From Takakia lepidozioides (taxonomy: Eukaryota; Plantae; Bryophyta): DNA of 64,000 nucleotides. Shown here piece after piece: positions 1-11,580 of this stretch (positions within the stretch are counted from its first letter, which is position 1; every line of letters starts with the position of its first letter). The translations under genes were made by a program, and so were the position numbers. The stretch lies in contig CM060734.1 in the NCBI GenBank assembly GCA_030704615.1, forward strand, positions 15,996,001 through 16,060,000, read 5' to 3'. The notes beneath the pieces were generated by a model. It had not been told where the DNA came from and did no database searches. It saw nothing but the letters and a program-made list of their open reading frames with translations.

Positions 1-3000
1 TGCCTTAGCTGGAGCACTGAATTGGCTAAGCACACGATCCAAGAATGCATACGCAGCCCCCTTCGCTAGCCTTATCAGACAATGGAACCAACTCAATCCA
101 CTTGGAGAAGTGCTCCACCATCACCAACACATATCTGTGGTGGCGTATCGTCAGTGGCAACGGCCTTGCGAAGTCAAGACTCCACCTGTAGCCCAATCCC
201 ATGATGGGTAAAGGATGCAACTGTGGTATAGGGGCGTTGAATGAAGCACGCACCCTGTCACACACCATGCACCTAGCCATGCACTGTTACACCTCTGTTT
301 GCATACCACGCCACCAATACCGCACCTGCAATAGACTATGAGTGCATCGCACTCCAAAATGCCCCAACTCCTCATAGGCATGCCGTACTAACCGTGCACG
401 CTGTGTTGGGTGAGGTACGATCTTCACCCGACCATCTTCCCACACTCGAAGCAGGTGTATCCCCTCCCACTTGAACCTCTTGGCTCGTTGCAGGATCCGA
501 TCCGTCTCATTGGCAGTCGCACTAGCTGCCGTGTCTCCAGTGTGGGGCAGTTGCAGCCTACGGTGGACCAAAAATGCTGTCACAGCACTGTTTTTTTGGG
601 ACCTTGATTAGTTGTAAACTATCATACTCCTAAATGACAATGCTGATAGTAAAAAATGACTAAGCTATGAAGGCTCAACTACATATGTTTCCCCTATTCC
701 AAGTCTCATAACCAAAAAAACAAATGGTTAGAAATTATGGACTTTTGAACAAGTCCATAAGGATTTGTTATAGTCCATATAAAATGTCGTTATGGATTTT
801 TTTCAAAGCATGATTCATAGACAATTAAAAAAATGGACTTGACCAAATGTGCTTTGAGGGATAAAGAATCTAGAATGAAAACATCAACTCAAAAATATTA
901 ATATATATTATTTTGAGCCTTCAAAATAACTATTTTCCTAAAGTCATTTACATATAGAATTCTTTGAAATATCAACACTGCCTCATTAAATACATAGACC
1001 AAGGGTAGACCCCCGGGGTGGATCAAGGTCAAATTTGAAAAAAAACGATCGTGATCTGAAACTATCGCGATTTGAAAATAACGTCTTTAATGGTCAATAA
1101 TAAACGGTTGAGATTGTAGATTGAAGCGAATCCAATGGTTGAGGATTCGCCACATCCCATTTTATGTACTTTTAGGGATTCATGGTGTGTCTCATTTTGG
1201 TCCACCGTAGGCTGCAACTACCCTGCGGAGGTAGTTCAACACAACCGTATCTTCATGAATATCTCTGGCACCACCTGGCTCATCACTAGCCTCAGGGTCC
1301 TCAGACACTCCGTCTATAGTCATCCCTGTTGTAGGTCCAACCTGACCTCCCAATGCCAAGATACACAAAAAGGCAGATGCATGCCATCTCCTCGTTCGTC
1401 TCACCATGCCACCGAGCTCCAGTGTCATCCTGCTGGCTCGTGCATGGATTGCAACTCAATCCATCCGCATCCTTATTGACCAAACCCGGTCGATGCACAA
1501 CCTGAAAGTCATACTCCTGAGGTATAAGTGCCCACCGTGCAAGCTTCCCCGTAAGTTTGTATGACTCCATCAACCACTTGAGTGGCTGTAATCCGTGACA
1601 AGAGTGAAGAGATTGTCGTATAGATAGCACCTGAAGTGTGCCACGGCTCACACTGCAGCTAAACACTCTCCTTCATATGAGTTATACTTAGCCTCTGCAG
1701 CGTTGTTCGAGCGGCTAGCATAAGTCACTACGAACTCTCTTCCCTCATCATCCACCTATGTGAGCACCGCTCTAAGCCCCAGCATGCTCCAATCCATATA
1801 CAGCTGAAAGGAACGCCCCATGATAGGTCGTCTCAAGATGGGCGCCGAGGTCAACCTCGCCTTGAGCTCCTGAAAAGCTCGCTCTTGCTCATATTCCCAC
1901 TGCCACTCCTGGTCTACCTTAGTCAGCTTGGTTAGAGCCTTTGCAATAGCACTAAATCCCTTGACAAACCGTCTATAGTAATTTGCCAACCCCATGAAAG
2001 CTCGAACTTGGCTCACATCCATGGGGCGTGGAATCTGTGCAATGGACTCTACCTTAGTCTGCTGCACCCCCAATCCTCCAGGATATATCATGTGACCCAG
2101 ATACTCAATCTGGTTGTAGAAAAATTTGCATTTCCCCGGATGTAACTTCAATCTGTGTGCCCTCAAGCGCTCAAACACCTCCTGAAGGTGTCTCTCGTGC
2201 TCCTCCATCGTAGCACTAAAGATGATAATGTCATCTATGTAGTACCGAGCAAAGTCCACCCCTGCTAGAATCATGTCCATGACTCTCTGGAGCTATGCAG
2301 GAGCGTTCTTAAGCTCGAATGGTAAGAACCGCCACTGATATAGGCAATCCTTCCCGTGCTCATTGATCCCCCAGAATGTCGTCTTCAGCTTGTCCGCCTT
2401 CTTGATCGGCAACTGGTGATATCCGGACCGCAAGTCCAAAGTGCTAAAGACCTTGGCATGCCCAATGGCATCAAAGATCTCCTCCGGTGTGGACATGACA
2501 TACTTATCAGACTTGGTTTGACAATTTACAGACAGGTAATCACCGCACATATGTCTCTCCGTCCAATTGCCATAGACATCCTTCTTGGCTGGCATCACCG
2601 TGGCTGAAGCATACTCTCCACCAGAGAGGTCCACCAAACCAGCCTCCCAGAGATCTCGAGTCCTCATCTGAATCAAAGACCCATGTCACTGTATCTATAG
2701 GGTCTCCGAAATATTGACGTGTCTGTGGCCAACTCAATACGAATTTCCTGACCATTCAGTGCTCCCAAGTCCTTCAAACTGAAAGCAAAGCAATTCTTGT
2801 AAGCCCTCAGGAACCGCCGTATACGTCGTCTCTCTCCTCCAGTGACAATGGGTCCAATGTCAGGCTCCCAATTGTCCTCCGTAACTGCAACCTTAAGTCT
2901 AACAGACTTAGAGGTAGGAGACGCGTCCCGTGGTTGCTATGTTGCAACCTCTTGAGCAGTGACCACTGTCTGCTCTGTCAATGACAAGGCCTCATCCTGC

Positions 3001-3510
3001 CCCATCATCTCATCCTTGAGGACCTCCCCAACCTCATCCATCACAGCCACATTGGCTGTCAACTCCCTCTGAACCTCGAGCACTTCCCACGTGTGCCATG
3101 GATGTCTACACCCCGTGGTCCTCACCGGCTCGCCCCCACTCACTGCATGTACCGTCTCGGTAGGCAGAGAGACCATCAAGGGAAATGTACTCCGCACTCT
3201 GCGTTGCTCAGCCATAGCCAAGCTGATAATCCAGGTCAAGCAATTGAGATCCATCGCTTGCCCCAACACCTGACGACGTGATGCCTCAGAAAGAGAAGGC
3301 ACTGCCGTGGTCCCAGTGAAAAAACCCATCGTCCGCTCACGCTCGTCAGCATTAGGCTCCACTAACTATTGCAACTGAGCATCCCACAGGAGGCCAGGTC
3401 CACTATCCCGAAACACATGTGATCCAAGAAAGCTGAGTAGTGTAGGTAGTGCTACTCGTGGTTGACCCACCTTGTTGACCACTGCCAAAGGCGAACGGTC
3501 ATCGTGTCTC
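1..3510 (-). mobile_element. Ty3/gypsy LTR retrotransposon, DNMT-carrying family, 3' part (DNMT C-terminus, RT, RNase H, integrase); decayed, runs off window start
   Basis: Minus-strand ORFs give DNMT motifs IX/X (EPNADERERTMGF..GTT, RRQVLGQAMD), RT (LDLRSGYHQ, YYIDDIII), RNase H (DWSMLG..AVL, KLARWAL) and integrase (HEELGHFG..CMVC, WSLDFA). Several stops and frameshifts. Colinear with the copy at 19205-24282. Confidence 0.93.
545..1223. mobile_element. MITE / non-autonomous TIR element inserted in the gypsy pol region
   Basis: ~29-bp TIR GGG(C/T)AGTTGCAGCCTACGGTGGACCAAAA at 545-573 and inverted at 1195-1223. AT-rich non-coding interior. Flanks TGTG (541-544) and TGCG (1224-1227) form a 4-bp TSD with one CpG transition. 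Removal restores the frame YLR-TGDT. Confidence 0.85.
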
Positions 3511-5900
3511 ACACAGAGATGTGTAAATGATGGATGGGTGATGGGTGGATGCAGATAAGATATATAGTGAGGGGTATTTCTGTGTATAATAGTAGAGCTG
3601 GTCGTAGATGCATGTGAGGGGGGATCAATTGTTGGATAGTTTGTGTGTGACAAGTGGTTTTTATGAGGGTTTATGTTATGAGGATGACAAAGGTGTATTA
3701 TGGGTCGTGGGTAAATGAGCGTTGTAATATTTAATGTGACGGGTGTAAGATGAGTGGGCGAGGGATTTGGGTGGATGCCATCGAGTAGGGGCATGGATGA
3801 GAAGGCTTGTGGGGTGATGAGTGCGATGTAAAATTGTTTTGAAGGAGAACAGAGAGTGAAGATCATGGTGTAAAGTTGTTTGGAAAGAGTATGGATGGCA
3901 GTAAAATGAGGTAGCCTTTTCCCGAGGTAATAATTTCCCGAGGTAACATTAGCGAGGTTCTATATGTGGAATGATGTAATATGGAGTGCAGTAACCACAA
4001 TCTGGGAAAGTACTGTGTAATGGGGTAGGCATGGGTATATTGTGGGTGTGGGGACTAAAGTATTTGACGGGGCAAAAATATGGTGGGTGAGCGGATGGAA
4101 GTAGCTGCAAGCAGATTCAGATGGGGGTATTTGCAAATGATAAGTCCATGGGGAGGGGTTAGTAGGCTGAGAGTGGAATTGTGACGTAGGGTGGGTAGCC
4201 GTAGGTAGCGATATGTAGCGGGGAGGTGGGTGTGTTGGAGTCCCTTGTAGTGGATGATAGAATATGGATGAAAGTGGAGATGAGATGGGTAGTGGTAGTT
4301 GGGTGTATATCAAAGAATTATCAACGAATGTGTTTGGTGTAAGATTGTGTAGCAGTATCAGACATAGAGAGAGGGGGCGCGCCAGTTTAAACAGGCGATG
4401 AATGTGTGCTGGTGTAACAGCATTTTGATAAGGTGGCGTGAGAAAGTGGGATGAGTAAGTAGTGTCAGAGAGTAGTGTGAGGAAGTAATGTGAGGTAAAG
4501 ATGTGAGGAAATCGTGTGAGGATATTGTACTGGGTATGAACCAGAAGTAAGTGTACCCCATATGGATAAATAAGAATGTAATAGTAAAAGAATATGACTT
4601 GAGAATCATGGCCAAGCAACTTCATATCTAGTAAGCAAACTAGCTGTATAGTGACTAGTGGAGCATAATCAGGATATGTTATACAGACACATGAGGAAAT
4701 TGGGGAGGCCGGGAGAGGAGAGATTTGAGATACTAGCTCAGTGTTAAACAAGCCTATGAACTGGTGAGTGATGGGTGTAGCCAGATGTAGAGGGTGGAGT
4801 GAGATAATCTGTGTATAACTTCTATGATAAGAGGAGCAACTGGCTGGAAGTATAACAAGTTGGTGGAGTGGGGGGGAACCCAGAAATCCGAGAGATGACT
4901 ACAAGGGCCACACCCAAACGGGGGTGTGCTAGAGTAAGTGGCACAGTATGGATAGAAAGGGAAGCCATGAGGAAGCTGATAAGATTGTAGTGCAGTCTGT
5001 TGGCTATCAAGAATGAAGGCAGTGGTAGGTGACCAAAGAAGAGTGCAAGGGTGGACAGCAGCACAATCAACATAATTGGCATGAGGATACGAGGCTTCCC
5101 TTGGTGGGGCACCAGTAGAATCGAAGGGAGCTGCCTGCAGCAGAGATTAGTAGGTGGCAGTGATCGACTATGTTAAAGAGCTATAGTCATGCATAAAAGA
5201 TAAACATTTGGTTGCAGGCTTCATGTATGTAATATTGTGAGAAGCGAGCTGCGTACTTGTGTCATTGAAGTAAATGATGCGGTGAGGATATGGCATGAGC
5301 TGTATCAGTAAGAAAGTGGCCTGCTGTGTATTGTACATAGAGCTCAGGAGGGCCAGTTTGTAATGGTCAGTGTATAGAACAGGTAAGGACCGAGAGGGAC
5401 AGAAAGAGGAGGCATAGACAAGTGGCATCTGAAAGACAAGAGCAAGAGAATGCAGTTGTAATGCATAGACTGGGGGGTACCGGAAAAGTAATGACCCTGT
5501 GAGCCTAAGTAGAGATCCGAGGCAATTAGCAAGATTAACAAGAGAGTGGGCAGGTTGGGAGGTGGCTTCCCTGATGGGGGGGCGTGCTCGTGTGGTTGGG
5601 GCAGACTGGACGGGGCAGGGGGAGTAAGTAGTCTGTTGTGGAAGAGCAGTGGAGGTCGGTGACGGAGCTGCAAGGGTCCGTGTGTTGGGAATATAATCAG
5701 CAGATGTAAGGGGAAGATCTGAGAGTCTGCACATCAGCATTTGAGAACAGTTATTGTTAACCAGCTGAGCTATGGAAAACCCCTGTCCCAACAAAGGTTA
5801 TTTGCGAAGAAGATAGGGAACATTAAGAGGTATTTGCAGCAACAACACGGGTCTAGTATATCTTGTTGTGTGCGGAGCAAAAGCAGCAGTAAAGCAAAGG
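3511..5900 (-). mobile_element. Heavily decayed LINE-like fragment, probably Dualen family
   Basis: Same C/A-rich sense strand and H/P/T-rich translations as the Dualen pieces elsewhere. Weak peptide similarity (THQFIGLFNTE vs TYGRFIGLIPND at ~43900). No diagnostic catalytic motif seen. Confidence 0.4.
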
Positions 5901-8900
5901 GGAAGGGAGTCAGTAGCCGACAATATAATGGCAGCATTGAAGGTATAGGTTTGTGGGACATAGAAATGTGGGGTTTGAAATTTCATGGGACCAGTACTAA
6001 GTACATACAACAACAGTTGACATCTATAATGAGAGGCAGTGTAGGTAGCAAACGGAGCATGTAAGGTCACTTCCCTGGATGGCCTGTCTTGTGGTGTTGG
6101 TGCAGGCTGGAGAGTTGTAGGCATATTGGTGATTGTTGGCAGATATATCCAGCACATAGTGGCAGAAGTGGTCGACCCCGCAAACACATAGACATCAATA
6201 GCTATAGTATCAATTGACGACAAGATAATGGCAGCATTGAAGGTATAGGCTCCTGGAATATAGAAATGTGGAGTTTGAGATTTCATGTTATAAGTACCAA
6301 ACACATACAATAGCATTTGACATTTAAAGTGAGGGGTAAAGTAGGCAGCACACGCAACGTGTAAGGTGACTTCCCTGGATGGTCTGACTTGCGGTGTTGG
6401 TGCATGATGGAGAGTTACATGCAAGTAGTCATTTGTTGGCTGATATATCCAGCACACAGGGGCAGAAGTGGTCGGCTCCGTGATCAGGGCAATTACCCCC
6501 CCACTTCTCCAAACTACCTCTCCCAGTCCGGATCTGCGGCTCATTTGATCTTTATGATGCTGCTTCATTGCTTGGATCCTCTCTCTCATCCCAGTCAAAG
6601 GACGATCAGTGCAAGCCTCAGCCTTCTTCAGTAAGCTGGACCATGTAGACAGAGACACTTTCTGAATGTGTAAGCACTGCTGCTGCAAGGTACTCACAGC
6701 CTTTAGGGCTCCTGGCTTTTGTACAAAAGAGGCGGATTCAAGGTTGATATATCCTTTAGGTTAGTATGAACCTTTTTCCCCTTTCCATGGAGGCAGATTT
6801 TGATAGCACAGTCACCACACATATAGCTAGCCTTTGCAGCAGAATGGTATGTCACCAAGCATATCAGTACAGACTCATTTCTCCAGCAGCCTTCCACTGC
6901 AAGAGTGTGCCCAATATTCAAGCTAGACCAGCGAAATGCAGGATTGGGACCCTCTCCATCCGCTGTGGGGGGGTACTCCAAAACAATTTCCAGGGAATAG
7001 TCAAGCCTATCATCTAAGTAAATTGCATTGTCCTGGAGCAGCATCCGATTGGCATCACCTGATCGACAGCCCTTCGTGTACATTTTCGCATCCTTGGGAT
7101 TAGGCAGATCTTGACAAATGCTGGAAATGGTGACTTGAATGTGGAGGCAGATTTTGATGACACAAACCCCACTCATATCGCAGTCTTTTGCACTAGCATG
7201 GCATGTCACCATGACCTGTCCAGATTCATTTCGCCAGGAGCCTACCTCAGCAAGAGTGTGCTCGTACAAGCCTGGTCGAGTCACATCCCAGTGAGGTCTT
7301 GTATGGCTGCATAATATGGCTGGCTGTTCATAATCCTGGCTATGTGCATTTGGAAGGGCCTCATTACCAACATTCAGGGCATAGGTCTCTGGGACAGAAA
7401 GCAGAAGAGAGGGAGGTTGCATTGTACAGGTAGCAAGTATGCATAGCAACAGTTTGCAACTGAAGTGATGGGTGGAGGTATTAGTCTTGGGGGAGCTCGG
7501 GGAATAAACCTCCATGTATATTCCAGATGTGGGAGCACCTGTAGTGTACACATAGCCTGCGAGTGGCTCTACCTGTGATAACACATTAAAAGGGAAAGAG
7601 TGGTCGTCATCAGGAGCAGCAGTGCTGGTACCTTTGCCATGACTACTGATGATAGTTTGTCGGCGAGGAGACTGCGGCTGCATCGTAACGTTGCAATCCT
7701 TAGTCAATTTCTTGACCTCTTTCGCTGAAGACATGGTGCGGCCAGGCATAGAGCTCGTGTACTCCTTCTCTGTTACAACAGGAGTGGTCACCATTTCGGT
7801 GCTCAGTAGCGAGATATCATGGGCCCGTTCAAAGCATGGGTGGATACCCATTCCAGATGTAGTCGCTAGCTCCAGCACACTTGAAACGATGAAACTGTTA
7901 TTTGAACCTTCAGCGTATATATGCAGCTGCCCATCAAGAGCTGCTAAGCTGGAAACAAGGTCATCGCTGGTGAGAGAATGCTTGCGAGGATACTGCAATA
8001 GTACCCTAACTTTGCAAGCCATAGCCGAATTCTTGGCCTCTTTAGCAGGAATGGGGTATGTTCAAGTATACAGAGCATGTACGTCGTCTCTGTTTCGGGA
8101 AAGACACCTTCTAGAGCAACGCTCGTTTGCGAGGGAGCAGGAGCCAGCTCAAAGCAGGGGAGGTTAGCCATTCCAGAGATGGCGCTTCGCTGAGAAGTGA
8201 TTGCCATAGGAGATACATATCCACAAACTGCAGCTTGGAGAGTGTGTCTGCCCTGATCGTAGGAGTAAATTGGTACGTCGGGTACATTAACGCTTCACAC
8301 TGTGTGTTCCATTGGGCTCGTAGCAGCAAGACAGGGGGTCTAGCCACGCATAGCCGTATTGGAAATACCCTACCACACTTGCAATACATGTTGACAGGGG
8401 CAGTCCCAGCATGAATGTCTGACTCCAATCCAACTTTGACGATGACCGCATGGAACCGCTTGTCGTCATCCAGAGCCGAAGTGGCGATGCTCTCCTGCAC
8501 GTAGTTGCATCTATGTGGGCTGGAGGACTGGTACATACACCGATTCTGCATGCACCTTTTGAACACTAGGAGGACCGAGTTGTTGTTAACCTTAGAAAAT
8601 TCTATCGCTGATCCATTGCACCAGCATGTGAACCTGAGTCTTGGAAAGAAGGTATTACGATGCAGAGACAACATGGAGTCGGGACTCTGCGAGCTACCGA
8701 GGGCCTCTAGGAAGTGGTCGTGACAGAACGCCGCAAGATTTTTCTGTAGATCATGAGCCAAAAACAGCGCAGTCTGAGAATAGAGATCTGTGCGCCTAAT
8801 AAGGTCTAGAAAATGGCAAAATCGCCGAGCTGGCTTCTTCAGACCAAGGTCGGGGGCCCTAGTAAAGAGGGCCCGCGAGTACCCCATCAAGTATTGTCGC

Positions 8901-9660
8901 CTCGGGAAGATGTAGAAGACAGATTTGAAAACTCTCGCCTCAGCAAAGAAACAGGGATCTTCGGACTGGGTGGATTGCCCCATAGGCTCACCATCTGGCC
9001 ACTGTCCAGCAATAAGTTGCAATGTCGCTTTGCGAGACTTGGGCCACTGGTAGGTATCGGTCTTGGAAGAACACTAGGGGCAGATCACTTTGCAGATTCC
9101 AGTTGTGCTCACCAGTGGTATACTCGTAACCCGTAAATGGCTCCATCTGCGATGACACATTGAAAGGGTTGAGGTAGAGGTTGTCACTTGGGGCTGCAGA
9201 GGTGGTAGCGAGGCCTTGGGTGATCTTGTTGGTGAGAGATTGCCGACACGAATACTCCAGTTGCATCAAAACTTTGCCTTGCAGGTACCCTTGAGCACAT
9301 AAGAGCAGGACGAGGGGTTCAGCCATGCGTAGCCATGTCGGGCCGATACTCCTTGAGAGCTCCATGGAAACGGCTAGAGCTTGCGGGCAGGTGGTGTCCA
9401 TGTTATGAGCAGTCGTTGAAATCATCAGACTAAGAAACCATATGAAAGACGCTATTGAAAGGTAGCTTAAACGGAGCCTCGGAAGGAAGTGGTTCTTGCT
9501 AAGCGGGTAGAGGAGAGCAGAGCAGCGGAGCGGTTGCACAAGCGAGCATGAACTTGAGCCATGGTGGTAGACGTAGATAAAGATGGAGTAGCGGATAAAG
9601 TAGACGGTAGTAGCAAATAATGAGGAAAATGAGACGAGATTATTAAAAATTTAGCGGACC
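5900..9660 (-). other. Mosaic of internally duplicated modules and gene fragments, including a PPR fragment; ORFs 5798-6697, 6703-8022, 8111-9022
   Basis: Repeated peptides: HFKCQMLLYV..TFNAAIIL x2 plus a diverged third copy; WRNES..VTxH..IKICLH x2; PFNVxSQxEPxxGYxYTTG x2. PPR-like HAVIVKVGLESDIHAGTAPVNMYCKCG at ~8380-8460. Confidence 0.4.
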
Positions 9661-9676
9661 CCTAAAAACTTAGTCG

Positions 9677-10065
9677 TGGCTCCATTGATTTGGTAGTGGC
9701 AGGTTGGCCCTGTAAAAGTCATTCATCTGCCAGGCGTGGTAATGGATTGCGAGACTCGGGGTTAGGTCTGTTTTGGGAGACGGTGCGGGTTTTACGCCAC
9801 TTACAGCTTCATCAAGCTGTATCTCCAGCATACATCTTGGAGAATGTGCCACTGATGGACGATTCTCGGGCCAAGGTGATGGCCAGTGTGCATCAAGTTC
9901 GGTCGTGGCTTGGGTCAACAGTGTTGCTGGATGCAGCTGCAGTGGGGTCACAGACTCATCGCCCACGGCTATGGTGGACTAACTTGATGTCACCCGCACT
10001 GATCAAGCGTGCATTTAATGGGGTGCGGCCAGCACACCTCTTAGTGGATAGCATTTTGGACACAT
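9677..10065 (+). pseudogene. Fragment of gypsy-borne DNMT3-like C5-methyltransferase (motifs IV-VIII)
   Basis: IDLVVAGWPC (motif IV), YILENV (VI), HRPRLWWTNL (VIII). Closely matches ORF 19575-20717. Confidence 0.9.
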
Positions 10066-11580
10066 ACCCACTGCCCGCATGGTCGGTACCATCAATACCC
10101 CCACATCTAAACAGTCTCTACATTACCCTCCGTCACCTCATAATAAATTTAAGCTTGCATGCGCAACACTCATACTATTGCGATGTGGCGATATCCATCC
10201 AAACCCAGGCCCCGTCACTATTAATGATATCATTGGTGAACTCCCTACTGACCCACAGGAAAGGTACGCATTATACTTTCAACAGAACACTGTCTCATTT
10301 ATGCCGGCATATCAAAATCTCTACGATCATTACTTGCTATTCATATACCTACGCAGCCAATTGCCACCTTTGGTCTACCTAGTTGCCAATACCCAGCTCT
10401 CGCTAAGCTATTCGTGTACTAAAAGAATATCCAACGCAACACCTCCTCTTCTCCCTGATCATCATCATCTCCCCACTACCCGAGATATGTAATGACTACT
10501 TTACAAGTAGCTCATACAGACGCACACATCCATGCCCTTCTACTCAAATTACAAATCCTGCCCGAGCAACCCCACCAATACCAAGCCCCCCCACACTACC
10601 TATCTGACCTCTATACATCACTTCACCTCTTACAATCCAAACCCGGGGAAGTTCACAAAATACTCGGTGAACAATTAGCAAACCCCATGTTGGACTCAGA
10701 TACTATCACCAGTAAATTTCCATTCCTATCCAAAAGCATCCTAACTGCCACCACCCAGGCCAGATCCACCATTGCCGGTTATCAACCATCATCTGCGCCA
10801 CCTCCACCCCTATCTCGGCACCCACACCTACCCACAACAGAGACTCTTCATCACCCACTGCATCTAGTCACTCCCAATCCATCCCTTCCCAGCATACAAA
10901 CTTACTTAACATAACCACTTGGAATGTCGGTTCATTGGCTACCAGCATCCAAAGCCTCATACGTCTCCTCACGGATTCTACGTCTCCACACATTATTCTT
11001 ATACAAGAAACCAAACTCAATACAAACAATCCTAACAGCTCTTATATAAACAAACTCCTCCCCGCCTATCACCTATTATATGGAAACCATTTCTCTGCCG
11101 CATAGTGCCTCACACGGCGATCAGCCCCATACCACCCTACCCGGGGGGGGTGTCACGCTAGGCATCCTGCACACACACCACTCCCCCAGCACTACAACTA
11201 AGCTACCAATTCATGTCCCTCTTCGCTCCCATCTACAAATCATCCAATTGCATTTACCTGCACTCCACCCCATCACCCTTATACATCTATACATGCCCTC
11301 ACATGCAGATGACCTTACGCTGATCCCTGACATTCTACACGCAATCTTCGACACTATTACCCAGCCTACAAACCAGCATCATCACTTTATATTAGCAGGT
11401 GACTTCAACAGAGATATTGCCCTACTCGGTCATACTTACAATGGCACACACAAACCCCCATCCCAAATAGACCATGAATGGGCAAAATTCACTCAATCAC
11501 ATAAATTCCGATATATACCCGCCGACCATCACTATTCCAGACAAGGTGGACTTAACTACTCCTCCGTAAGCCTTCTTGAT
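10066..11580 (+). mobile_element. Dualen-type LINE 5' part: 2A-like peptide plus APE endonuclease, decayed
   Basis: TTWNVGSL, IILIQETKL, GGVTLGI, HLYMP, ILAGDFNR and SLLD are APE motifs. LLRCGDIHPNPGP lies upstream. Homologous to 49130-50630. Confidence 0.85.
10154..10213 (+). other. 2A-like (StopGo) peptide LACATLILLRCGDIHPNPGP
   Basis: Matches LLLxGD(V/I)xxNPG|P, with H at the usual E position. Confidence 0.75.

Noticed and set aside
8730-8940. Organellar DNA insertion
   Set aside because: Composition differs from its neighbours, but I could not recognise any organellar gene.
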